Shown here: piece after piece, positions 26,540-36,835 of the stretch
How positions within the stretch are numbered: position 1 is the first letter of the stretch
Layout: each line of letters starts with the position of its first letter
Assembly: GCA_964016885.1 (NCBI GenBank)
Contig: OZ024744.1
Coordinates: 62,001 to 126,000, forward strand
DNA: 64,000 bases
Direction of reading: 5' to 3'
Source of the DNA: Eledone cirrhosa
Taxonomy: Eukaryota
The notes under the pieces: model-generated
Database searches by the model: none
Told to the model about the DNA's origin: nothing
What the model saw: only the letters and a program-made list of their open reading frames with translations
Program-made: the position numbers and the translations under genes

Positions 26540-26758
26540 TATGTCTACATTTATCCATTTATTTTTAAATTAACTGTGTTAGATATCAAATCAGTTAATA
26601 TTCGAAATAATTTACAGTGGTAGATTCTCTGTACGTTTGAAATGTTTTTTTCTCCTAAAATATCCCATATTTACTCTATGTTCACTAATAGTAGACACAG
26701 GTTTTTATACAATTTCTTATCGTATTCATTTTGTTCAATCTCTTATCGTTCTACATAT
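26540..26758 (-). other. Putative terminal exon of the micro-exon gene (xAT-ATG-TAG, then 3' UTR)
   Basis: Acceptor GTTTACTGTGATTTTTATGTTTGTTTTCAG is of the same family as the upstream micro-exons. The phase-1 frame stops after two codons, and a minus-strand AATAAA lies at ~26558-26563. Confidence 0.45.
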
Positions 26759-26849
26759 CTGAAAACAAACATAAAAATCACAGTAAACTTACATGTATAT
26801 ATAATGTGATAAGTGGACAACTATAATTGTTTCGTATGCTATTTAACAA

Positions 26850-27450
26850 CTAGCCCCATGCCGTCAAAAATGACGGCTAATTGTAATATCTATATATAAT
26901 ATAAAAAAGAGTCGTTTGTTGGTTGGTTGCTTCCTTCGAGCCCACTCACACAAGTGATACGAACATGCAAACACTCAGCTGTGACGAATCTTAGAATACT
27001 TGACTTCTATAGTTTCTCACACCCTCCTTCCTCAGTCAACGTAACCACCCCTTCCTTTTTCCACATCTCTCGAGCGTTCCGGACAAATACACTCGGCTTT
27101 TATATTAGTAGACTAGCTGACCCCGTGCCGTAAAAATGACGGCTAAAGTGTAGATGTGTATTTGTATATACCTTTCAACTGCGGTCGTTTTATATTCTTG
27201 ATAATTCTAATTTATTTCAATATTGCTAAGCTCGCGGGATTTGAAATTATGAATTTAGTAGTCTGTGAGGTCCGAAAGGGTGGCGGAAAAAAAAAACTGA
27301 TTAACAATTTAGGACTAATGTTATTGTAGAACATCTTGTAGGAAAATGCAGCTGTGGACCTTCCTCAGTCGCCGTGGTTCAATAAGTCAATGAATGGTCT
27401 TTTAATGTCTTTAGATTATTTTGATATGGATGTCAATATCAGAAATTTTA
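26850..27450 (-). mobile_element. Tandem non-autonomous Helitron-like units
   Basis: Two 3' ends, each a GCCGTCA-tttt-TGACGGC type hairpin followed by CTAG (26850-26853 and 27113-27116), with a head-to-tail CTAG|TCTACTAATATAAAA junction at 27113/27112. The distal boundary is approximate. Confidence 0.65.
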
Positions 27451-27640
27451 AATTTAACAAGACGTTGAGAGTTTGTTACAATTAAAAATGGTGTACATAT
27501 TTATTATTTAAATGCTTTTTGACCTATCTCAACATAAAAAAACACAGGTATATATAACATATAAATGAATATGAAAGAATGACATAATACATTTAAATAT
27601 ACAATATATTTTATAAAAGTGAGTTTAAATTACAACTTAC

Positions 27641-27703
27641 CTTCCATAGTTGTATGCTCAAATATGGGAGAATCCTAGTCAAACGAATCTGGGGAAGAAT
27701 TGG
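27641..27703 (-). CDS. Micro-exon 14 (63 bp, phase 1-1) NSSPDSFD*DSPIFEHTTME, with an in-frame TAG
   Basis: Acceptor TTTTTTTCTTATTTTAG and donor G|GTAAGTTGTAATTTAAA. Length is a multiple of 3 but the exon contains a stop. Confidence 0.5.
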
Positions 27704-27870
27704 CTAAAATAAGAAAAAAATAAAAATTAAATGAAGATATACGATTGAACAATAGGCACATAAGTATACATGCAAAACCCCACACAAATATAAATACATA
27801 TATTTATATGTAGAACACGGAGGTTATAGTCGCAGTAGTAGAGCACTCAGTCCATGGACGAGTTTCCTTC

Positions 27871-28051
27871 GAAGTTAGTTCCACAACAGATAATAAACCA
27901 TTTTCAAGGACAGGGGTTTCACCTTGCAGATTTCAACTCGAGTGTATGGGCTATAGCCGAAGAACGGTAGCCTTCCGTTCTTCGGCTATAGCCCAGTTAC
28001 TCGAGTTGAAAATCCGCAAGGTAAAACCCGTGACCTCTTGGAACTAACTTC
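27871..28051. repeat. Fold-back palindrome with a perfect 21-bp core stem
   Basis: tgggctatagccgaagaacgg-tagcctt-ccgttcttcggctatagccca (27947-27995). Imperfect pairing extends to gaagttagttcc/ggaactaacttc; the element is followed by (TA)n. Confidence 0.85.
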
Positions 28052-28067
28052 TATATATATATATATA

Positions 28068-28210
28068 TGGTTTCCAAAAGTCCCATTGTGGTGAATTAAT
28101 TCTTGAGGACAAGGAAATAAGGAAGGTGGATAACTTGAAGACTTTGGTGAAAGCAAATCCCCCCACAGCTGTTTGAGAGCTTAAAGGAGATCTAGGAGTA
28201 AGCATTAGAA
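28068..28210 (+). mobile_element. Mariner transposase HTH relic
   Basis: WFQKSHCGELILEDKE...DNLKTLVKANP...ELKGDLGVS resembles the mariner WF.RF..G..LED...L...V..NP...EL...LGVS pattern. Confidence 0.55.
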
Positions 28211-28248
28211 GAGTTTTTGAAAATGTGAATGTTTAAATTATAACTTGC

Positions 28249-28311
28249 ACTGTGTATATCTACAGTCATTCACGAATGTATCATTGACCGGAGTCTCTAC
28301 GTGAGGCTCGT
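28249..28311 (-). CDS. Micro-exon 13 (63 bp, phase 1-1) EPHVETPVNDTFVNDCRYTQ, GC donor
   Basis: Acceptor TTATTTTCTTCGTTATTTTTTCCAG, donor GCAAGTTATAATTTAAAC, open frame. Confidence 0.65.
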
Positions 28312-28439
28312 CTGGAAAAAATAACGAAGAAAATAAGGAAAAAGTGAGAGAGAGAGAGGGTTTGCTATTATTTTCTTCGTTATTTTTTCCAGACGAGCCT
28401 CTCATTCTCTCTCTCACTTTCTATCTCTCTCCCTTTCTC

Positions 28440-28484
<45 letters not shown>

Positions 28485-28654
28485 TATGATAGCTTCCCCT
28501 TCGTTATCGAGTATGGCCATTGCACGAGAAAAAAAAACATATATATATATACACATATATATATATATATATTAATAACAATAATAGTAATAATAATAAC
28601 AACAATAATAATAACGACAACAACAATAATAATATACATATATATATATATATA

Positions 28655-29257
28655 TGGTGGCTGCCAACTCGTTTTCGAGTACAGCCACTACTTTATATCC
28701 ATGTAGGAGAACCCCTACCGATGCGCTGAATGAGTGTGACTTTTTAGTCCAGCCAGCAACTTGAAAACTCTGGTACAAACACTACACTTGTGACAATTAT
28801 TGAAACATAGTGCTGGGCCCATGGTCCCATGTGACGACAAGTGCAGAGAGATCTCCAGATATAAAGCAATGCCTGTGCCATGAAGCTTTTATAGTGAGCA
28901 AAGGCACTGCACAAAATCAGTCCCACTCTCTTGACCAAGATTATATTTACCAAAAAGAACAAGTCAACATCATTGGATACCATCAGGGTTGCAGGTGTTA
29001 TATCAGAGTTTTCCTTCTCCTAGAATTCTGCCTTGACAAAGGCTAAGGGGTCATCTCTCCCAGTGATTTTGGATGGCCATTGATTCTTAAGAGGTCCTTT
29101 GCCCTTTGACAGGATTTGGTTTTAGTCCCGCAGGATGTCCAAAGTCACCCTCCTCACCAAGAAACCTTGGTGGGGTTGCCAGTTTAGTCGCCAACGACCC
29201 GACCATGACACAGGTTGTACTGGGATACATGTTACCAGTAGCACCAACTGATGACCT

Positions 29258-29260
<3 letters not shown>
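28655..29260 (-). mobile_element. Probable RTE 5' UTR fragment, with an inverted partial copy at ~29943-30095
   Basis: Minus-strand CTAGGAGAAGGAAAACTCTGATAT is a motif I recall from RTE 5' UTRs. Segment 29085-29232 is mirrored at 29943-30095. Confidence 0.45.
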
Positions 29261-29337
<77 letters not shown>

Positions 29338-29454
29338 TAGATAGATATATATATATGTATGTATGTATATATGTATATATATATATATATATTAGAAAGT
29401 GAGGTTTTTTTTATAAAATGAAAAATAACCGAGGTGTCCTACACGAGTGGAAGT

Positions 29455-29698
29455 ATAAAGAAAATGAGATGAAATCGAAAATGCAACTGAAGTCTTATTT
29501 AAAAAAAATATATATATATTTATTTGGTTCCTTTACCGGTTTCGCAGTTCTTCTGCTTTTCAAAAGGTGAGTTGAGATGGAGGGTCTGTGGTTTTTCTCA
29601 CATGTGAAGAACTCCGAAACCGGTAAAGGAACCAAATAAATATATATATTTTTTTAAAAAATAAGACTTCAGTTGCATTTTCGATTTCATCTCTTTTT

Positions 29699-29705
<7 letters not shown>
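29455..29705. repeat. ~100-bp inverted repeat (29455-29553 / 29606-29705), partial inverted pseudo-LTR
   Basis: gagatgaaatcgaaaatgcaactgaagtcttattt...ggttcctttaccggtttcg is mirrored by cgaaaccggtaaaggaacc...aaataagacttcagttgcattttcgatttcatctc. Confidence 0.85.
29530..29567 (-). ncRNA. Complete minimal type I hammerhead ribozyme with U3-A8 compensatory core
   Basis: CCTT-TTGAAAA-GCAG-aagaa-CTGC-GAAA-CCGG-TA-AAGG. Stem I CCTT/AAGG, stem II GCAG/CTGC, palindromic stem III ACCGGT, cleavage triplet GUA. Confidence 0.75.
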
Positions 29706-29753
<48 letters not shown>

Positions 29754-30115
29754 CATACATACATATATATATTTACATACATACATATATATATTTACAT
29801 ACATACATATATATATTTACATACATACATATATGTATTTACATACATACATATATGTATTTACATACATACATGTATGTATGTATGTATGTATGTATGT
29901 ATGTATGTATGTATGTATGTATGTATGTATGTATGCATGTCCCATGTATCCCGGTACAATCTGTCTCATGGTCGGGGCGTTGGCGACTAAACTGACAACC
30001 CCACCACCCCACCAAGGTTTCTTGGTGAGGAGGGTGACTTTGGACATCCTGCAGGACTAAAAACAAAACCTCTCAAAGGGAAAAGGAGCTCTTAATCATA
30101 TACATATATATATAC

Positions 30116-30187
<72 letters not shown>

Positions 30188-30359
30188 TTCGTTTCTGAAT
30201 TTGTTTAGCAAGATTCTTTATCTGAAATCGTGTGTTGAAACCGATATTGCGATATTGTTATACTTTGGGAGGGTCATGTTGCCAATAAGAAACACACGCA
30301 CCGGTTGCTTTCACTTCAATTTATTATAATAAATTTATAAATTCAGGAATTTATAAATT

Positions 30360-31560
30360 TCTGGTTGGTTGGTTGGTTCCACAACCAGATAGTTGTTTAT
30401 ATATTGTCAAAGTTCTTTCGTCACACATTATGTGACCTCTTCAGTGACTGGGGATTATTTTCTTTGTTTTTGTGCCTCTCCTTTGTTCTGTCCTACGCCA
30501 TTTTGTGTATGTGTATGTGTTGTGTGCTCAGTCTGCGCATGCGCCACGTCTGGGTGTCTGTGTGTGTTCATATTTGTTTATTTATTTGTTTATTTACATG
30601 TTACCGGTTGGTTGTTTGTTCTATGTGTGTGTGTGTTTTCATTTTGTCCTTAATTGTAAGTTGTGATGTTGCTGTTCCACTCATATTTTCTATTTAATTT
30701 TGGTTGTAATTCTTTTATGTTTATTGCCTCTGTGATTTGTCTAAACATTGCGTCTTTTCTGTGTGTAGATTCTATTTTATTTCTATGTTCTCTAATTTAC
30801 CCTTATGTTCTATTTTAGCATGTTGGTAGAGTACAGATGATTCTTTACTATCTTGAAGGTCTCGCCAGTGTTCATTTATCCGTTCCCCTACACTACGAAC
30901 TGTCTCACCTATGTACACTATATTTTTGTCTCTACATTATCCTTCAGTACATCTTATGCTATACACTACATTTCTAGTTTTACAGTTAATATGGGGGCTT
31001 ATTTTACAGGTTATACATTTCTTATCTATACAGGTGGGTCTTTGGAAAGGGTATGTCTTGCTAATAAGTGTTTTTACGGAGGTACCTGGTCTTTCTACTA
31101 TCTTAATATTGAGTTTATGCTTATCTAGGGCCCTTCTAAATTTGTAAGCTAATTCACCTCTAGGGGTTGTATCGATGAACATTACACTCTGGTATTTATT
31201 GCTATCATACCATGAGTTTATTCTATTAGCCTTATTCCTAGTTCTTTCTATTCTATTCCAAAATTTGCTCCCATACAAGGGGCAGGTCCCATTTGTGTCA
31301 TTATTTACCATTTTTTCCCATTTGGTTCTGGTTCCTCTATACACTCTGATTCTATCTCTCTGATTGTAAGCAGAGAACTGCATACGGTGGATGAAGTGTT
31401 GTATGTGTCTCTCTAGTCCTTCGGGGTTGCACATGCGGGACACGTTTCTCATCACTTGTACCAAATCCGCAATCAGTATGTTGATTTTGGTATGGTCCGA
31501 AACAGCCGAGTTTCGGTGGATCAGATGTTTGGAAGTCATGGGTTTGGCATAATGGGAATC
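30360..31560 (-). mobile_element. 5'-truncated Penelope-like element (thumb + GIY-YIG + pseudo-LTR)
   Basis: ORF 30937..31539 ends TCIDKKCITC..NCKTRNVVYSIRC and continues past a stop with IVYIGETVRSVGERINEH. A hammerhead lies downstream. Confidence 0.85.
30406..30448 (-). ncRNA. Minimal hammerhead ribozyme at the 3' end of a PLE
   Basis: GTCA-CTGAAGA-G-GTCACA-taatg-TGTGAC-GAAA-GAAC-TT-TGAC, with stem I GTCA/TGAC. Confidence 0.65.
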
Positions 31561-31792
31561 GAGGATTTGTTTTTTGTTATTAATAACAACACTTAGAATT
31601 TAATATTCTATCATACTATTTCATTATAATACCATTATAAATTTTAAAGGATTGTAAATAAAACGAGTAAATCAGACAAAGTTGGAATTCCTCTTATTAA
31701 TACATATATATATGCACATATATGAGAGTCCCGTGTTGAATCGGAGGCAACCACAGCAACTAAGTTACTCAATATATTAGTAGAGTGTATAC

Positions 31793-31932
31793 AACAAATC
31801 TAATATAGAAATCGCTTCTAGAGGAATAGAACTGTTTCATTCAAAGGAAATCACCAGGGCCACTAAATTCACTAAACTTCCATCAAATGAAACAATTCTA
31901 GTCCTGTAGAAGCCATTTCTATATTAAATTTG

Positions 31933-31934
<2 letters not shown>
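31793..31934. repeat. Imperfect fold-back next to (CA)n
   Basis: aacaaatctaatatagaaatcgcttctagaggaatagaactgtttcatt is mirrored by aatgaaacaattctagtcctgtagaagccatttctatattaaatttgtt. Confidence 0.75.
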
Positions 31935-32024
<90 letters not shown>

Positions 32025-32730
32025 CTGGAATGTGAAAGAAACTTGAAAAATGGGTGCTACTTGGATTGAATGAACAACAGGAAATCAGTTTCGAAGTTTG
32101 ATCTTCGTTTCTTTTGTGCAAGGAAAACTATTCATTTCTTGATGGCATTGTTACATGCGATGAAACGTAAATCCTGTACAGAAACTGACCAGGTTCAGTA
32201 CGGTGGTTGGACAGGAATAAAACTCCTCTACAAGTTCAAAAAGCAACATAACCACAAAAGATGACTAAGGTAATTGTTTGGTGGCTGCATCCGAATTAAT
32301 GTAATGCAGCTTTCTGAATCTTGGCGAAACAATCACAGCTGAGAAGCATTGTCACAATGAAACAAAGATAGCGTATGTGTCTAGCATTGGCCAATGGAAG
32401 AAATTTCCTATCTACTTGCACGACAATGCCCAAACTCACTTCAGACATACAACAATCTGGAAATTGAATGGCTTGGGCTACAAAATTCTGCGTAATTCAG
32501 CTTACTCAGCGAATAATTTGCCAACTGTTATTTGCTATTTATTACTTTTTGATGCATTTCAAGAACATGTTAAAGGAAAAGAATTCAACAACCAAACGGC
32601 TACAAAATATATCTTTGATGAATTCACCGCCTCTAAAACTAAAGGATTCTATTTCCCGGAATAAATAAGTACACATCCATCTTGTTGGCAAGCTGTGTAG
32701 ATTCTGGTGGTTTTTATTCCAATTAATAAA
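32025..32730 (+). mobile_element. Degenerate mariner (Tc1/mariner) transposase, DD34D region
   Basis: LEKWV.., FLDGIVTCDET, IYLHDNAQTH and LGYKILRNSAYSANNLPTV (degenerate HPPYSPDLAP). Confidence 0.8.
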
Positions 32731-32784
32731 ATATCACAGTATACAATTCCGTAAAAACTAATAGGTGTTTAAAATTTAACTTAC

Positions 32785-32850
32785 ATGTTGTAAATATATT
32801 TTTAGTTGGCGCGTGCGACTCCTTGATAGGAAATTTTACGGAAAGCTCGC
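32785..32850 (-). CDS. Micro-exon 12 (66 bp, phase 1-1) ELSVKFPIKESHAPTKNIFTT
   Basis: Acceptor CTGACCTAATTTTTTTTCCAG, donor GTAAGTTAAATTTTAAAC, open frame. Confidence 0.7.
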
Positions 32851-33162
32851 CTGGAAAAAAAATTAGGTCAGTAATTTGTTGTGCAAATAAGTACATAAAG
32901 TGACTAAGAAATTGCAGGCCAGATGTTGGCGGAAGACGTACCGATGCATTTGGTGATTCGTCTTATATAAATTAGTATCTTGTTACAATGATATATAGAT
33001 TCTAATGGTTTTTAATCTTATCAATAAACTATTCTGGACTGTGGTAAGGCGTTTGTAATATATTTAATATTTCAAACTGACATAAGTCGTTATAAATGTA
33101 CTGTTCAAAACCTAAATTAATTACTGAATAAGTTAAAAGATAATGTTTAAATTATAACTTAC

Positions 33163-33213
33163 GCTTTTTAAAAGTACGTGTATGCTTGATTGGTGTCACA
33201 GTGGAAGGGCCAT
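33163..33213 (-). CDS. Micro-exon 11 (51 bp, phase 1-1) [16 protein letters not shown]
   Basis: Acceptor TTACTAATATTCTGTATATATTTTTCAG, donor GTAAGTTATAATTTAAAC, open frame. Confidence 0.72.
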
Positions 33214-33265
33214 CTGAAAAATATATACAGAATATTAGTAATCCTGTGTATATATATACATATAT

Positions 33266-33296
<31 letters not shown>

Positions 33297-33297
33297 A

Positions 33298-33375
<78 letters not shown>

Positions 33376-33451
33376 CGAAGGATTTGTGGTAAGGAACCAG
33401 ATGGACCATAACGCACCAGAGTACTCAATACTTAGGGTAGTAGAATGGGTA

Positions 33452-33568
33452 ATAGGAAAATGTATGACCCCGACGGCAGAGCTAAAGCCGTACGATGGCT
33501 ATTTCTGACTCCAGAAATAGCCGTCGAGACGGCTTGATCTCTGCCGTCAGGGTCATGCATTTTCCTAT
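33452..33568. repeat. ~117-bp fold-back hairpin next to (TA)n(TG)n
   Basis: ataggaaaatgtatgaccccgacggcagag..ggctatttctg-act-ccagaaatagcc..ctctgccgtcagggtcatgcattttcctat. Confidence 0.85.
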
Positions 33569-33595
33569 ATATATATATATATATATATATATTGT

Positions 33596-33688
<93 letters not shown>

Positions 33689-33794
33689 TGTGTGTGTGCG
33701 CGTGTGTGTGTGTGCGTGTACATATATACTTATATATATATTTATATGTTGCAGAAAATCTTATGAAATATCGTAACCACACACTTTATAACTT

Positions 33795-34050
33795 CCACTG
33801 CTAACCACATTTCTGCCCTCAGCCTCATTATCGAAAGATCTCAGGAGTGATCGCTGCCTCTTCGTCACTTTCGTCGACGTCAAGGCGGCTTTCGACACGA
33901 TCAAACATGCATACATCTGGGGAATTCTTCAGCTTGTCGGTACGCCTTTCAAGATCACCACCCTGTTCCAGCGGCTCTAAAGCAACTCCGAGAGCTGCTT
34001 GCGAGTGATCAGGAAGGAGACCGACTGGTTCCCATCAACAGCAGGATGTA
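33795..34050 (+). mobile_element. Short internal RT fragment of an RTE-type LINE
   Basis: TANHISALSLIIER / CLFVTFVDVKAAFDTIKHAYIWGILQLVGTPFKITTLFQRL*..ETDWF. Confidence 0.75.
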
Positions 34051-34185
34051 GAGGAGCTGACACAGGCGATGAAGGGCGTTGGTGAACCTGGTTGGCTCTA
34101 CGCACGACAAGGCTTTGGGATCACTGGCAAAAGTAAGAAGAAGAAGAATTTATGCTTGCTCACACACACACACACATCCTATTCC

Positions 34186-34230
34186 ACTAAAAGAACAGGT
34201 CGAGGAAAATGGTCTCTCTTGGAGTCATGT
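34186..34230 (-). pseudogene. Broken micro-exon 10 (MTPRETIFLDLFF*), paralogue of the MTPAENLI/MTTVENFI exons
   Basis: Acceptor TTATTATTTTCTTTCGTATTTTTTTGCAG, and an upstream intron homologous to 58280-58700. No intact donor follows, and the RT fragment lies just downstream. Confidence 0.45.
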
Positions 34231-35500
34231 CTGCAAAAAAATACGAAAGAAAATAATAACAATCCTATATGTGTACCATGGGAGGTGATTTTGGTCGAGT
34301 TGAAGATCGGGCAGAAGGTGTTGTGGTTGTTTGAACCAACTAGAACCTTTTCACTGGTTCACGCTTTCTATGCTATGCTTCTCTGTCACACAAATCTAAA
34401 ACTTTTGAAATTAGCAGACAGTGGCCTGCGTAAATGTGGTAAGATTTGAACCATGAAACACTGGCCCTGATGAACAGAAATATATGGCTTAGAGTACTGG
34501 CTGATACAGTGGGTGTTAGATTGAAGGGGTTGAACAACGGCAAGTTTTATAAAGAAGGAGAACATTGCAAGTTTGATATAAGAAATACGACTAACACAAA
34601 ATTGCAGGGCATCTGGGTGATCTCATTTAACATGGATGGCAAATCCCACTGCCCCCTTTTTTCCATCTTGTCTTGTGGTGCATGGAATAGATCTTGGTGA
34701 AAACTGTGAAGTTAACTGTCCCTTGAGAGGGGAACAGCCATGAGGCATTCAACAGGAATTCCAGGAAGTACTGTGATTTGGTTGAACTCTGTGGAACCTG
34801 CTAATGGGAGGCATCCTGTTTCCATGTCAGAGGATTTGTTGAAACCAGGGCTCTCTCGCTCCTCAGGGTACTTGGACTGGTGGCAAAGGAAAGGGAACAC
34901 TCTGAGAAACCCGAGGAAGCGAGTCATTACATCTGATTGAAATGAATGGTGCTCTTGATACATTTAGGTGGAACATCAGACTCAATTAAGATTGTGTTGT
35001 GCAGCAGGAGTTTCCTTGCCAACATCGGAGGGTGGACCTGAGTAACTCTCGTGTCGCAGTAGAAGAGGCTGAAACACGTACAGAGTTACCTCACCACCTG
35101 ATGAGACATCGACTCCTGTATTTGGGGTACAGCAACAAATTCAGCTCAGAACTGAGTATATATATATTTGTACACACGCACATATATATATATGTGGTGT
35201 TGTACACTTTAAAAGGTGTTTTGAGTACATTCAGTCACATGTCTACCGTATATGTATTTCTATTAATATTTTGCCCATCTCTCTTTGCTTTTGTTAAAAG
35301 ACAGCCTTAATATTTCGTCCATTCTTCAATGTATCTTGTGGGAAAGATGGTGGGATTCAAATGGATTTTATTTTGGTTTCTGTTAAGTCGTATTTCATAT
35401 AATGTTTAATATTCTGGACTGAAGTAAGTCGTTATAAATTTAATGTTCAAAACCTATATTTATTTCTGAACAATTTAATAGTGTTTAAATTATAACTTAC

Positions 35501-35563
35501 GATTCATAAAAATATCTTTATACTTGAGTGACTCATAAGTAGCAGGCTCTCTGTAAAGCTTGT
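35501..35563 (-). CDS. Micro-exon 9 (63 bp, phase 1-1) KLYREPATYESLKYKDIFMN
   Basis: Acceptor TTGCTATTATATTGTTTATTTCTTCCAG, donor GTAAGTTATAATTTAAAC, open frame. Confidence 0.72.
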
Positions 35564-35619
35564 CTGGAAGAAATAAACAATATAATAGCAACCGTACACA
35601 CACATATATATGTATATAG

Positions 35620-35990
35620 TCCTTACCAACAGACAGGTTCGACGATCTTTTGATTCCACAGTTTGGCTAGATCGATATAGATCGAACCTTGAGCTAACCA
35701 ATAACGAAACACGCGCCACTGTCGCTTTTTTAATGGGCTTTCTCCTCGAGTGTCCCTCTGTCGCTTTTTTAATGGGCTTTCTCCGCGAGTGTCCCTCGGA
35801 AATCTCCCTCCTATTGGGAAATTTTCTTTTGTTTCCTTTTTTTGTCAGTTCCTTTGTTTTATTTTCTTTACACGCGGAAATGCCCATTTGCACCGTCCTG
35901 TGCTGTCCTTAATGTTATATTTTGTGTCAACCCTTGTGGTTAATAAAGGAAACATTATTATTATTATCATTATCATTATTATTATTCTTT
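35620..35990 (+). mobile_element. 3' end of a LINE-like retroelement with an (ATT)n tail
   Basis: Pyrimidine-rich 3' UTR, a 39-bp tandem duplication (ctgtcgctttttaatgggctttctcc..gagtgtccct), AATAAA, then attattattatt. Confidence 0.5.
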
Positions 35991-36126
35991 GAGTCTCAGT
36001 CATTAATGTTATTTAACTGGAAAGTTTGTTGAAATGAATATCAAGCCGCTACCTGCATACTCAGACATTCAGGACGTATCGCAGGGTTCTTGCTGTTCCC
36101 ATCAAGCATGATTTTTGAAGTTATTA

Positions 36127-36256
<130 letters not shown>

Positions 36257-36449
36257 CCATATATATATATATATAAGTCCCCTGTGTCACGCATCGCCTA
36301 GGTACTTAGCTGAGAATTGACTTCCGTGACGAAAGGAATTCTCCATGTTGTTCCATTCGGAAACCATGTTTATTCCCTTTCAGAAACTAATTAGTTAGAG
36401 TGAAATTTTAGTAAGTAAGTTAATTTTTATAGTTTTCTTATTTTACGTC

Positions 36450-36566
<117 letters not shown>

Positions 36567-36689
36567 ATTTTCTATAATCATCACAACTGCCCCTAGAAGC
36601 TGCATTTATGGTTGCACACACCCACACTTATACGACAACGTTATGTACCATCCACCACACACATATATACATATCTTATCCTATACTCC

Positions 36690-36835
36690 GCCAACCAGTG
36701 GGATGCTCCACTGATTCCACACTTCCCTCTATTCCACAAGGTCATTTATGATTGTCTTGACCTCCTCTACTATCTACATCTATCAGTCTTCTACCAAAGT
36801 GACCACGTAGGTCATTTTCATTTTCGAGAAGGGTT
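36690..36835 (-). mobile_element. Extreme C-terminus of the RTE element that hosts the 96-bp satellite
   Basis: Minus frame reads KMKMTYVVTLVED**M*IVEEVKTIINDLVE*REV, homologous to LTYVDALRTDTG..DIAAIMMDRGRWRE at ~15.0-15.1 kb. Confidence 0.7.

Noticed and set aside
29170-29260. HDV-like ribozyme at the putative RTE 5' end (ccagt...gg-tcg ttgg cga-CTAA-actgg on the minus strand)
   Set aside because: P2, P4 and J4/2-like parts can be drawn, but L3 is too short and P1 is not convincing. It needs a covariance search on the family consensus.
28068-32730. One mariner element split by insertions
   Set aside because: The fragments are colinear, but a micro-exon with its own intron context lies between them and I found no TIRs. 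They are kept as two separate relics.
34069-35310. Several 66-126 aa ORFs suggesting a conventional exon
   Set aside because: No recognisable domain, and part of the region is homologous to intron sequence of the 58-62 kb duplication units.
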